Positions 36,230-48,915 of a DNA stretch of 64,000 nucleotides are shown here, one piece after another; positions within the stretch are counted from its first letter, which is position 1, and each line of letters opens with the position of its first letter. Location of the stretch: contig JBEWZL010000244.1 in NCBI GenBank assembly GCA_045837725.1, forward strand, positions 124,001-188,000, in the 5' to 3' direction. A program made the position numbers and the translations under genes. Source of the stretch: Vermamoeba vermiformis (lineage: Eukaryota). Below the pieces are notes generated by a model. That model had not been told where the DNA came from and ran no database searches. It worked only from the letters and a program-made list of their open reading frames with translations.

Positions 36230-39218
36230 TTATTCGTTCGTCATGTCCATAGTCGCTTTGGCTTGTTCAAGAAACTCAGTCATTTCTTGTTTCGAGCCTG
36301 GCAGTCCTATCCTGCGGAAATATAATAACGCAGTGCCGTACATCCACACAAATGGTTTGTCGTAGAGGAGTTGCAAGACTTCGAGTTGTTGCGAACTGAT
36401 TGACGAAGGGTTGATCGGCTTGGTATTGTCTTTTTCGACTCTGAATGCAACGTTCACCAATGCTTTGATCGTTGACAGACTTCCAGACAGCGTGCTAATT
36501 ATAGCACAAATGTTAGTGACATTATTATTTTAAGAGTGCGCTGCTTACTCTAACTTGTTGAAGCGTTGAATAATTAGCGGCAAGGCTTCGGATATTTTGA
36601 GCAGCGGTAACATGCCCATGGTGAGTGATGCTGCTTCATCGAAGGCCTAATCAAGGTCAGTTCAACAGATCTATTTGTGCACAACCTTACATAATAGGCT
36701 AGAGGAGCCTCGTCATTTATAGCGTGTGCGAATTGTTCAACGACAAATGCTGGAGGTTTTTGCTGTTGACCAAAGTATAGTCGAGCAATGCACGCAGCAG
36801 TGCAAAATTTGACAGCTGTCAATTGAGTTAAGAGGAGCATTAATAACGATAGCGAGCTGACTGACCTGCTTTGTTAGTGTCCTTTACCGCGTTCCACTTG
36901 TCCGTGAAGTACTTCAGACAGGTCTCGCGGTCCTCAACTTTGGGCAGAATGATGCCGAGTGAGAGCATCATGGCTGCTTCAGCTGGCACATCAGTCTCAA
37001 TATCGAGCTGTTGTTTCATGAGCGGCACTGTTTGAGCAGCCACGCGAGGCAACGTTGCTAACAAATTTGCAGCGCTTGCACGTATTACGCCTGCATCACG
37101 TTAGGAAATGAAATGTGCGCGAAGAGAGCGGATTGGACGTACCTTGCGAGCCATTGGTCAGTTGATTAATGATGATTGGCAGGCCTTTGATAATATTCTC
37201 TTCAATCTTGTGTTTGATCACGTGCTCTTCGTCATCTTTGTTCGGATAATCAACATCAACGTCAAAGCCGTTTTGCGACAAGAACACGCCATTCGCCCAA
37301 GTCACCAACAAGTCGCGACACAGAGTCAAAATGTCTGCCTTGCCTTGCACCAGCGAACACTCTAACATTTCAAGCAGGTAGGGCACGGCATAGGGACTGG
37401 CTGGACGCGTGAACGAGTGTCAGTAACAGGTCTCGGGTCACGTGTCAGTTGGCTCTACTTACCAGGGTAGACTGTGCCTTGGTGATAAATGTTCGAGTAC
37501 AATGCCTCTTGGGCACTGGCACGAGTGTCGCCGTCAAATGAAGCTAACATGCGCAATATGTTAGGCACATCAGTAGCTGGGCCATACGCGTGGTGAAGCT
37601 CGTGCCAAGGAATGTCATCGATGCCGTCAAATGTTGGAAGTCTTTTCGCGCCATCATCGCTCGTGTCGTCGATGAATTTTTGCAAAGATTCTTTCGTGGA
37701 GAGAATTTTTTTGGCCTCTAACATTTCAATGAACGTAGGTAATTTCCACACGTTGTCTAATTGAGCAAGATTTTTCAGCACTTTGACCGCATTGGCTGAC
37801 AAGTCAATAATTTTAACGCCCTCGATTAATTCTTCATTCATTGCGTATTTGAGGATAATATAGGCCCCGGCTAATAGATTCTTCGAGTTAGCTTTGTCCA
37901 GTGTTTCAAGGTTTGTCAATGCGCGTGATAAAAACAGATCACTGGCTGGCGGCAATATGCTAACAGAATTATCTGTGCAAATTGTTATTAAGACCATCGC
38001 ATGCACTTGAACGTACGTATGCTCTTTGAAAAGAGAATGAAGTCAGCCAACGGCGAGTCCCTAATATGACACGGTTAGTTATTGCAGCACTTCTAATGTC
38101 TCAATACACACGAATAATACGCTTCCATTTCAGTGGCGGTGAGCATGTAATCAGCCAAGATATTGATCATGTCAACGGGTGCCTGTGACAGACGTCAAAG
38201 TTGAGGTGTCAGTGTACCGGACAATAGTACAATCACATCAACGTACCTGATTGGCCAAATGTCTGGCTAAGAATATGGCCGAGACCAGTCGTGTGGCTGA
38301 GAGTGGTTCAGACAGTGCCAAGTTCTGTGCGAGCAGGTCACGCATCTGTTGCTTCAGTTCTTTTTCAATGAAACACGCTCGTTCCACAATGTGCGCAATA
38401 CCTAGTGCAAAGCAAGCCCTATCATGGACCACATGAGTCATAGTAATACTTGGCCATAGAGTGCTAGTATTACTTCGTAATGTCATCGGTGGACGCTTTC
38501 ATGGCTTCAGCGAGTGGTGGCAAGAAGAGCTTGTCTTGCGAACTCACCACGTGATAACGTACTGGCATCAGTCCGCAACAGCGCAGCATGTCCAAGTCAT
38601 CTATTGATGGAGTAAGTAATAATTGTTGATGGCTAAATGGATCTGAGTACCTTGAGCACTAGCAATGAGTTCGCCAATGAACTCAGTGCCTTTGTATAAG
38701 TTCTTTTCAGCCGTGGGGTGCCACTCAAATTTATTGGGATCTGATCGGATTTTGACGGCTTGGGCTGCTTTAATCAGCGCTATTGGAGAGTGGTAAGCGT
38801 AATCCTAAATAACTAAATTAATTAGAATTACCTTGAAACAATCGACCTTTCTTTGGCGACTCCCTCTTCTTGAGTATCGGCCAACAAAAATCAACGACTA
38901 ATCAAAGGGTTAGTTCGGATCCAGAGTTTGTCAACGGTCTGTACGAACTTGTAATTAAGAGATTAACGAGTAAAATCTCTTTCTCTCGATCGTTGTTCTT
39001 AACGAACTCTTCTTTGAGGGCGAAGAAAGGCTTCAAGAGGGCAACTCTCGCGTTGTCAAGTTCCTCGGCATTTACACTTGTCCACAGAATTTTCAAATAT
39101 TGTGGGACTAAATACCATTCGATGTCAGGTACTTGTTAGAGAATCGACTCATTTTTTGAATTTCTCTGATTATTTTTGATATTTTTAAATTTACCGCCAA
39201 ATTACTTTAACGAGACAT
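36230..39218 (-). CDS. Large alpha-helical (HEAT/ARM-like) protein; start approximate
   Basis: Chain of minus-strand exons with GT-AG introns; includes IPWHELHHAYGPATDVPNILRMLAS...LYSNIYHQGTVYP. Confidence 0.55.
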
Positions 39219-39665
39219 GATTCAAAGTATAAAACAGCAATAAATGCACTTATTATGTACCTTCTTTAACCCATTCTCCGAGCCCAATAAACTGTTGCCA
39301 CAGTTCGTCGTTATTAATACTTTCCAGCGTGATTGGATCTTCCTTAGTGCCGTTGGTGGTACTATTGAAAGTTATTCTCGTAAACTCTGCCATTGTGCTT
39401 TGCAAACTGTTTTACTTACTGATTCAATTTTAATCAAGACTGAGTAAAGACTGGGGAGCGCATAAAAAAGTGAAATTTCGTAGATACAGATATAGTTTAT
39501 TTACAGTAAACCCCTGGGCGTAGAGGTGGTCTTGTACTGCCCAAAAGGGGTGGCCAATTCGACTGAGTTTATGGCCTAAAATTGCAAATTTGCAACTTTT
39601 CAGGGTTGTTTCACAACTTTCTGGCCTGCTTGATTTAAAATAATACAATTACAACTGAGGAACAC

Positions 39666-40323
39666 ATGGAGCAGTCCCCAGCCAAATACGTCCTTATATC
39701 TGCCGATGACATTCATTTTTCTGTTCAGCGTAAGTTCCCGCTTGCCTTACTTTTATTCCCAAATTAATGAAATGCAAATAGTTGCGAAGGGGGTATTGTC
39801 GCAACCAGCTGATTTGTGCATGAACGGATCAGATCGGAAATTTCTGCTTTCGATCATTGACCGCTTGTACAAAACTGCTTTCTTGGCGAAGACCGAAGCT
39901 GTAGCTACGGAAGAACAAGAGCACGAGATTCCGGAGCAGCATGTTTTGTTGACGAATTTGGATCGCTACAAACAAGTGATGGAATCGGATGCTGTCGCAA
40001 GTTTGCCCGAAGTATTTAAAATACGAGCATGGGCGCTGCTGATGGTTCTGAAGAAAGAAGACATTCTACTACCAGTGTTCGTCATGAGTTGTGATGCCCC
40101 TGAAGGCACCGAACCTAAAGTGGAAGACAGATGGTTGCAGGTCAGTTGGCCAAATAAGTTAATTTCAGCCAATTTGAACAGCGAGAGCGAATGGTGTTTG
40201 GCTCATAATACGAGCTTTTGGATGTTTTCTGAAGAAGAGCACGACGAGGCCTTGTCACTGCTTGTAATGCTCTTGAAAATGCCAACCCATAAATCAGAAG
40301 GTTGTGGTAGTCAAAATAAATAA
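39666..40323 (+). CDS. Hypothetical protein (~190 aa)
   Basis: ATG at 39666, probable intron ~39690-39781, then a long open frame to the stop at 40323. No family recognised. Confidence 0.55.
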
Positions 40324-40358
40324 GAAGGGTTTATATTACAAGTCTCATAATAAATAAA

Positions 40359-43300
40359 TTAATCGTCTTCAACTTTTTCGCCGAGTTTCTCGTGTCGTTT
40401 TTGCGTGTCTTCGCGCTGCTGTTGTTTTTCTTCTTCTTTAATATTCTCCAAGTCTACGAGCCTATAATATTGACAAAGACCATCGAGCAGTTCTATTCTC
40501 TTGAATATACTGATTGCTTTCATCTTGGAACTTTGTGCACTCGATCCCTAAAGAAAAAATTTAAGATCCAAAGAACGGTGGTTGTATATATTGTATATGA
40601 CGAGAATACCTTATAATCGATCATTTCAACGAATCTGAAGTGCGTCCTATCATTATCAGGCTCCATAATTATCAGTTGGAAGTACAGATTCAGACGAGTG
40701 CCGGTCAATTTCAGTTCCGTTCTGCATGGAAGTTAGTTAAATTAGGTCTAGTGCTAGTACCTTATTTAATGCTACTTACTTTAAGTACGTAAGACTACGC
40801 GCAATGAATAAGACAGATCCGTTCGGGTATCGCAGTACACGAGTAGCAGCGACAATGTCTCTGTTGCGCTTGAAGTTCCAGTGCTCAGTTCTAAATTCAT
40901 CGAGCTGTTCGATCACCTTGCCCTCCATAAAGTTGTAGTTCCAGTTCGCGCGCCAACTCAGATCCATAATGAACGACAAAACTTTTTCGATTGGCGCTCC
41001 GATTGTAGTTTCAGCACGATAGGCCTATTGTTAAATATGTACCGTTAGTACGATCTATATATGGTAAATGAGTGGTCCTTACAATGACGTTTTTGGGCAA
41101 TTCTTTGAATTTCCTGCGACAAATGACGAGCCCTTGCTTATTTAACATAATCTTCCAATAACTTTCATTCGCGGGGTCAATATAGCCCAGAGTCGTAGTC
41201 AAGAAATGATTGCCTAAGAAGTTGAGGTACTCTGCACGCGTGAATTTGGTGTCTTCAGGTGAGTCAAGTGTTTTCGCTCGTTCACGCGTGGTGCTGGGAA
41301 CGTAATTGTTTTTCAATTCTTTTGCGGACTCTTTGTTCTCTTTGTCTTTCTTCTTGTTCTTGTCTTTGTCTTTGTCTTTGTCTTTGTCTTTGCTCTTCTT
41401 CGACTTTTTGTCATTCTCGGCTGACTCGTTGCTGTCGCTGCCAGTCTGTTCATTGTTCGTGGATTGGCTCGCAGTTTGTGCCTCAGTGACCAATGGTTTG
41501 GAGGGCAGAGATGGTTTGGACGGAACAATGACACGTGGTTCGCTGGCGTCGCCGTCTGTGACATCGGTCAGGGGCTGCTGTGGTGCTGTCATTGCCATCG
41601 TTGGAGGTCGTTTTGGTGGTGCTGTGAGTTGTGCCTTGGGTGCCACAACGCGAGGCTCGCTAATAGCTGTGTTGCCATCAACTGGAGTGGAAACTACGGT
41701 GGTTTGAGGACGTGACGGAGCAGTGGTTGGTTGAGCTTTAGGTGTTACAACACGTGGCTCAGATTCGACAGGCACGGGCTGTTTAGGAGCTTGTTTGGGC
41801 ACGACTGTTCGAGGCTCACTGCCGACAGGTTGTTTTGGCACTTGAGACTTGGGAACTACGACGCGTGGTTGGTTATTTCCAAGTGCTCCTTTGCCAGGTA
41901 CTGGTGCTGGACCTTTGGGTCTCATCATCTTTTTAGCTCCTGGCGATGCAACTTTGGGCTGTTGTGGCTCCGGTGGGGGTTGAGACACCTACCACTTGTT
42001 AGATCTTGACACGTGTCAAATTGCAAGCACTTACATTAGTCTCGGGCAGGGTCACAACTTGTTCAACTGGCTGATGCGAATGTTGGCTGATGTTCTCCGA
42101 GATATTGACCTCTTCATTATGCAACTGTTGATGTTCCATGCTGACTCGTTCCCGCTCAGCAGCCAGTGCGGCGAGTTGTGCCTTCAATTCCTCAGTACGT
42201 CGCATCTCTTCTTGCAGCAGCTTCTCTTCCTCGAGTGCTTGCTGTGCCGCAATTCGCTTTTGTTCAGCCAAGTACTGTTCGAGTTGAATACGTTCAGCTT
42301 CACGCTGTCTTTCTAGCTCGAGCAGTCTGCGCTCTTCTTCTAATCGTGCCAACTCTAATCGCTTGCGTTCCTCTTCCACTCGTTTCATCTCTTCAAACTT
42401 GCGTTGTTCTTCCAGTCGCTGTTGTTGCTCTTGTAATCGACGCAGTTCTTCAACTCTCAGTCGTTCCTCTTCGACTTTTCGTCGTTCTTCTTCGAGTCTT
42501 AAGGCCTCTAATCGTTTGAATTCTTCAAGTTTCTTTTGTTCCTCTTCGAGTCGCTTTATTTCTAACAGTCTCAACTCTTCAGCTTTTCTCATTTCTTCCA
42601 TCTTTGCCGCTTCTTGACGTTTTAATTCTTCACTGCGTCGCAGTTCTTCTTGTTTTCTTTTCTCCTCGTCATCCGACCGCACAGGACTAGTTCTAATGGG
42701 CGTCAGTACGACAATATAGATTGACTATATTTACCTTTGTGGTGATGTTTCCCGTGACCGCTGTTGGGCTTTTGCTTGATTTTTCAATTTGTACAATTCA
42801 CCTAGTGTTAGTGCACGTTTGCCACCAGGTTCTGGTGATGTTTGGGGCTCCTCATCAGGCTCTGTAATTACAATTTGTTGCGGCGGTTGAACAGAGGGCA
42901 GCTGTGCAGATTGATTGGGTGGTGGGCCTTGAGGTTGATTATTTACAAGGGGTTGCTTGGGTTGTGGTGGGTAGTTGGGTTGAACGGGCCCTGATTGATT
43001 GTAAGGAGTTGCATTGACTGGTACTGGTTGTGAATGAGGGCTATTGATAGGCGAGGGGTTGTTGTTGGTAGGTGTTGGATTGTGCTGGTTAGGGCTTAGT
43101 TGTGAGTTGGGTGCGGGTTGTTTTGGTGGTTGTATCTTTTTAGGACCAGCGCCCATTGGATTCTTCGGCGGTTGTTTAGGAAATTGTTTCGGTTGGCTCG
43201 GCAATAGCGGTGCACTTTCAGCGCGTGGATAATTTAAGTTCGAGCTGTCTCCTACGGCGTAATTTTGTTGCTGTGCCTTTGGTGGTAATGAAGGTGGCGC

Positions 43301-44355
43301 TGCAGCGATTGGCTGATATGTTTGCACCGGTTGTTGCACACCGTTGTATTGATTGAACTGCGGGTCATATTGCGGTGGACTAGTGATAATTTTGCTCTGT
43401 CTATTAATAGGCGGTGGTGCGAGGCCATTCGGTGAAGGTGCTACGTATTGTTTGTAGTTGTTGTAATTGATTGATTGGCCGTAATTTGTAGTTTGAGGTC
43501 GTGGTGGAGGAGCACTGTTTTGTTGCGGGTAATTGCTGATCACTGGTGGACCACCGCTCGTGTAATCATCGACTTCGACAACACCGCCTCCTGCGAGACG
43601 AATTATCTTTTTCTTTGGCTGTGCCGGTTGTACTTGAGGTGCATTATACGTATTAGCATATGATATCGGACCGCCTAAATATTGAGTTAATTTGGTTAAC
43701 AAAAGTATGAGGCATTCACGTACCAACAGTATGAGATCTGGATCTGCCATTGTCTACCTGATGAAGGCCTAAACTCGGCACATAATTGTTTGATTGTACA
43801 TTTCTAGTCCAAAGAGTCAATAAAAGGCGTTGTAAGTGATTATTTATGCTTACTTTGGAGGTAAAGGTGGCGGCAACTCGATTGTTTGAGTGAACACTGG
43901 GGTATCAGACTGATGAATATTAGCGATTATTGTAGTTGTTATTTTAAATACCAATCACTTACTTGTCCTCGGGCTGGCAGCGCAGGAGGAGCTAAAATAA
44001 TAAAATTAAAATTTGAATCTGATAGTTCACCAAGAAATCATCAAGAACATTATTTTTATAAACCCTGACTTGGAAATTAATGTATTTTGCAAATTGTCGA
44101 ATTAATGAATTGACGCACAAAAGGAATTTTAAAGCAGATCAAACAGGTTAAAATTTCGGACTGGTGCTCCAAGTAGAATTTCTTATTATAGTTAGCCGTG
44201 TGTATACCTGAATCGTCTAAACCATCATCATAATTTCTCTGAGTCTGTAATGCCCACCAATCATTAGCTGGATCTGCCCCGTTAGCGAAGTACTGCTGTT
44301 GGGCATAGAACTCGGGAGGTTTTGTTGCCCGATTGACCTGTGGTGGTTGACTCAT
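40359..44355 (-). CDS. Pro/Gln-rich, E/R coiled-coil protein with C-terminal START-like lipid-transfer domain
   Basis: ORFs 42731-43750, 41999-42682 and 41011-41988 join by GT-AG introns. C-terminal WKIMLNKQGLVICRR...APIEKVLSFIMDLSWRANWN...KVIEQLD...RDIV is START-like. Confidence 0.72.
41363..41392. repeat. (TCTTTG)5 coding hexamer repeat (KD repeat)
   Basis: Direct reading; encodes KDKDKDKDKD on the minus strand. Confidence 0.9.
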
Positions 44356-44469
44356 AGAAAAGGGTTTAAAATTTGATCTGTTCGCAAAGATTTTGTTCTT
44401 CGAAAGGAACGAGATCTCCGCAAAATATCGCTGTGCATCGTTTGCTTATTAGGTCAACTGGGAAGTTTA

Positions 44470-47158
44470 TTAAGGAGTTGGGTCATCTGTTACTCGAGTT
44501 GCATCTGGAGACTTCCTAGGGGACACATTTTGTGGTGTCGTAATGTCAATCATTTTGATGAATCCTTCAACGTGTGGCGGAATATACAGCGTGTCAATCA
44601 ACGAGAATAACTTATTTTCATCGATGTCCTGACAGAACAGCGCGTTAGGGTCGATACGTACGAGAAATAATGAACAGTACCTGAGGCAGATGGCCCAAAA
44701 GATTAAGACACTCTTCAAAGGATCGCAACAGCAGGGTAGATTCAAAGTACTTCAGTATCGCTGTAAAAAGGACTGTTACTACCATATTAAAACGATGTAT
44801 GGATACCGAGCAAAAAAAAAGAAATTGGATTCGCAGGGTTTCGATCCCCGTACCTCCCGCATGCTAAGCGGACGTGCTACCAAGTGCACCACGAACCCGT
44901 TAGTTGTCCGAGCCGTTGAAAAAACAAGGTGTCACCCAGTTCGCACGCAGATAAGGTGTTTTTTGTTTACGCAGCTTACCTAACGCTGTAAAATGGATGA
45001 AAATCTCTCCTTCTATCAGATAACAGTCCCATACTCTGCTAGCGATTGGTGGCTTGAGTTGCTTGATGAACAGGGTGAGATACCTGTTATCGAGGCCGAA
45101 TTAGTCTGCGCGTTCACAGAGTGTTTGCTGACGTACCAATCCAGTAGATAATGTTCATTGGAGATGCCCAATGATCGAAAATGTCTGTAGAGTTGCGGTA
45201 GTTGTTCTGCAAACAAAATTTCGAAGATTCTGAAGTGTTTGGAAATCTGTGCTAGGTCGACGTGGTACATCGACGACAAGAAGTGCGAGTCGAGTAAGTT
45301 GTACAATACGATAAACGCATCAGCCTCTTGTAAGTACATGAGAAGCAATCCTGCAAGATAGGACATGCCTTGCACCTGTAGTGTTCGTGTGAGCGATTGC
45401 ATTTCGGCGGGTATTATACACTTACATAGCCTATGTCTGGCTTGGCGCGTGCAAGGGCAATGAGAACTGACATGATCTCGTCGTAGGACTTGCTGCTTGG
45501 TTCCTTAAAGACCGTCAGGTCACTGAACGTGCGAGGCAAATCTAAGTCGATAAAGGATTTCAACTCTGCAATTGTACGTTGCTGCTGTTGAATTAGTTGC
45601 TTCAGTTGTTCGTTATCCAATGTCAGGATCTTTTGACGAGGTGATTTCACTGTAATTTCAGGTACGGTTCCTTCGGGAACAGGCTGATGGGCATGATTAA
45701 CTCACATTCGAAGTAAAAATACAATCATTGTACCTGTGGGTTTTCTTCGGCCTTGGGCTCTTCGTCTTGCTTTTGTTTCAGTTCTAAAAGAAGTTTAATA
45801 GGGTTCTTCTCCAAGTGTACGGAGACGATGGCCTCTTGAACATTGTCTTCGGATCGCAGCTGTTTATAGAATTCGGGTGTGACGTTCAATTTGTTGCCAA
45901 CGATTTGACGCCACAAAATAGCTCTGAACTTGGCTGGAATTCCTCTTCGCCACAATGCCTTTGCATTCGGTTGTTCAGTCCATGAAGCATCGAGATTGCT
46001 GAACACTTCGTTGATCCATCGTTCTTCGTACGCTTTTTGCTCATACGAAGCGTTGGGTCTACAAAGAGATAAATAAGCGACTATTCTTACCGCATGACTA
46101 TGCTACGTACCTGTAATACGGAGTTTCGACCCAGTGATTGAATCGAGCGTAATAATCTTTGATTAAATGTGAGGCTGTAATCTCCAATGGGAATTCTAAG
46201 CCTTCTCGTTCTTCAGCGGGCAACACGTCAACTAAATCTTGAGCGATTCTGATCACGTGCTTCAACTTTTCATTGGCCATGTCAATCGACTTTCTCGCAG
46301 CAGTAACTTTGTATGACACGTGTTAATAATAAAACGCGAATAGTCATATTATGGCGTGCTTACTTTCCGTCAATTGAGTCTCGAAGGTTTGCATATTGTT
46401 CATCATTGTATTCACCGCGTTTAACATTTCATTAACAGTGTCTTCGGTGTCAAGAACTCTGTTCGTTAATTTGTCCTAATGACAGTTAGTCGGTGTTATA
46501 TACCCTAGTATCGTAGTAAAAGAAGCATTCTTGCAGCACGTACCTGTTTGCTAGCAACGTCCTGACTGAGTGCCTTCAATTTGTTTTGATAGTACAAAAA
46601 CATGGTCAATAATGGCTTCTCGCTCGGGCAGACTAACAATAGTTAATATTGCGCACGTAATAAATGTAATTATTGACGTACTAATGCCACCCCGATTTGG
46701 CAATGGTCTGCCGTTTGGAAATAGATGTTTTGTTTCTTTATTATAGACTAATGGGAGTGTCTATAAATTAAAGTAATTAATCACGGTATTATTCTATTGT
46801 TACGTACGATTTGAAGTGATTCGATAGCTTTCAATTCAGGTTCTGTTTGTTCAATCATTTTGGGAACATTTACCTATGGATTTAATTAATTAAGCACACT
46901 ACATGTATTAAATAATATTTGAGATAGTTAAATTATACAACACAGACAATATTTGACATTTTCCTTAATATTTGGATAATATCTTCTAATTGCAAGCAAT
47001 AATTACCGAAACAATGCCAGGGTCTTTCATATTTTTTTGTGCAAAATTATCTTTGGAATAAGACGTGTATTGCACGTCGGAAGTTAGCCAATCCTTAATT
47101 TTGGGATCGAGCTCATCTGGGATTCTCTGTTGTGGTTCATTTGTTATAACAGCTCCAT
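44470..47158 (-). CDS. TBC-domain Rab GTPase-activating protein
   Basis: GIPAKFRAILW, IDLDLPRTF (Arg finger), IGYVQGMSYLAGLLL (Gln finger), RVWDCY. Many short introns. Confidence 0.9.
44826..44898 (-). tRNA. tRNA-Ala(AGC), intronic
   Basis: GGGTTCGTGGTGCACTTGGTAGCACGTCCGCTTAGCATGCGGGAGGTACGGGGATCGAAACCCTGCGAATCCA: 73-nt cloverleaf, G3:U70 Ala identity pair, anticodon AGC. Followed by a T9 Pol III terminator (44812-44820). Confidence 0.96.
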
Positions 47159-47421
47159 TATTATTTTTTAATTGACCGTTTGGGTCAGTTGATTGTTGTT
47201 GTCGGCTTGGATCGTTACCCTAGATGAGATCATTAGCACTGCTTAAATTATTATTGAGCCCTAATAATTATTACCATTGCTTCTATTGTCGTAAACAACA
47301 GTAAGCTAATGCAACAATGGCCCAAGCAAAAAAAGCAGATTTTTCTGCTGAGATTTCTGGGACGAACGAAGATCGTAAAAGTCGCGGTCGTTTATTTACA
47401 AAATAATTAAATAAGTAAAAA

Positions 47422-48796
47422 TTACATGACGTTGTACTTTCGTCTAATTTCTTCGCGGTCACTCTCGTACTGCATGACAGAGACGACAGCCATCATATTC
47501 TGCTTGTCGACTATCTTCGGGTACAAATTATTAATGGCTGCTTTTTGATCTTGCGCGTATTTGAACAGCTGCACAATAGCTCTGGCGTCATTAGCGCTCA
47601 ATTGGCCAATTGTGTTCAGACTTGCACCCAACACTTCTAGCTGCTTGGAGGCGAACTGTTCAGCGCGCACTCGATCGATCAACTGGCGCACAGCGGGGTC
47701 TACACGAACATTGTTAATAATGAGATACATTAAGACTATAATAAGCAGTACGTACCTTGTGGCATCTGTTGCATTTGACCACCTTGAGGAGGTTGTTGGA
47801 ACTGACCGCCCTGAGGACCTTGCTGTTGGAACTGTCCTTGTGGAGGTTGGCCAGACATCTGTTGTTGTGGCGGGTATCGCTGTTCGTACCCAGCCTGACC
47901 TTGTTGCGGGAATTGACCGCCTTGTTGTTGTTGGAACTGTCCTTGTTGAGGTGGCATTTGTTGCATTCCTGGACCTTGTTGTTGCATATTGCCTTGAGGG
48001 CCTTGCTGATATTGGCCCTGAGGAGGCATTTGTTGGTTGAATTGACCTTGTGGACCTTGTTGGAACTGGCCACGAGGAGGCTGTTGACCTTGTGGGCCTT
48101 GCTGGAACTGGCCGCCTTGTTGCTGGAACTGACCTTGAGGCATTTGTTGCTGCATGTTACCTTGAGGGCCTTGCTGATATTGGCCTTGTGGAGGCATTTG
48201 TTGCGTGGTGACTTGATATTGGCCAGTCGGGGCATTTTGAAAGCCACCTTGTTGTTGGAACTGTCCTTGCTGAGGCGGCATTTGCTGCATTCCTGGGCCT
48301 TGTTGGAATTGTTGCGGACCAGGGCCCATTGGTCTTGGGCCACTGGTGAAATTAGTCTGCATTCCGATCGGGACATTGGTGACGATTGGTGGTCCCTGCA
48401 TAATAATAACGATTAGAATATTATTAATTTATATACCATAGAGCGAGAGCACGCAAATACGACGCCAATTTCAAGATTCAGAATTTTTCAATAACAAAAT
48501 TTTTTGTAAGGCTTACAAAAATTAATAATACGCACTGGGTATTAATTATGCTACAGAAGACTTGATAGTGATTTTATCATCAGATTATAATTTGTAAAAT
48601 AGTGACATACAGTAATTGTGACGGGAGTCGCTGTTGTGACTACCATTGGAGGTCCTGTCATAATGCCCATGCCTAGGGGCTGAGGTGGAGGTCCATTAAT
48701 AATCATAGGAGGACCTGTCACCACCATGCCCGGGGGCAGCATTCCGGGTGGACCGTACATTGGATCTGGTTGTGGAGGAAATAAAAATGGATTCAT
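47422..48796 (-). CDS. Pro/Met- and Gln/Gly-rich low-complexity protein with C-terminal DUF4476-like domain
   Basis: Exons ~48610-48796, 47756-48396, 47422-~47700. Repeats such as QQMPPQGQ[YF]QQGPQG. C-terminal RAEQFASKQLEVL...LFKYAQDQ...LYPKIVDKQN resembles DUF4476. Confidence 0.65.
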
Positions 48797-48915
48797 GGGA
48801 TGTTGTGTGGTAATATTAAAGAGTAAATGTTCAGTTTGAATTCGAGACACAGTCTTTTCTTTTTTGCGTTTCAACAAAATTTCAGGAATCACGTGCGGTC
48901 TCTTTATTTGGCAAA

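Noticed and set aside
47714-48416. Long alternative-frame and antisense ORFs over the Q-rich exon
   Set aside because: Shadows of low-complexity codon repeats.
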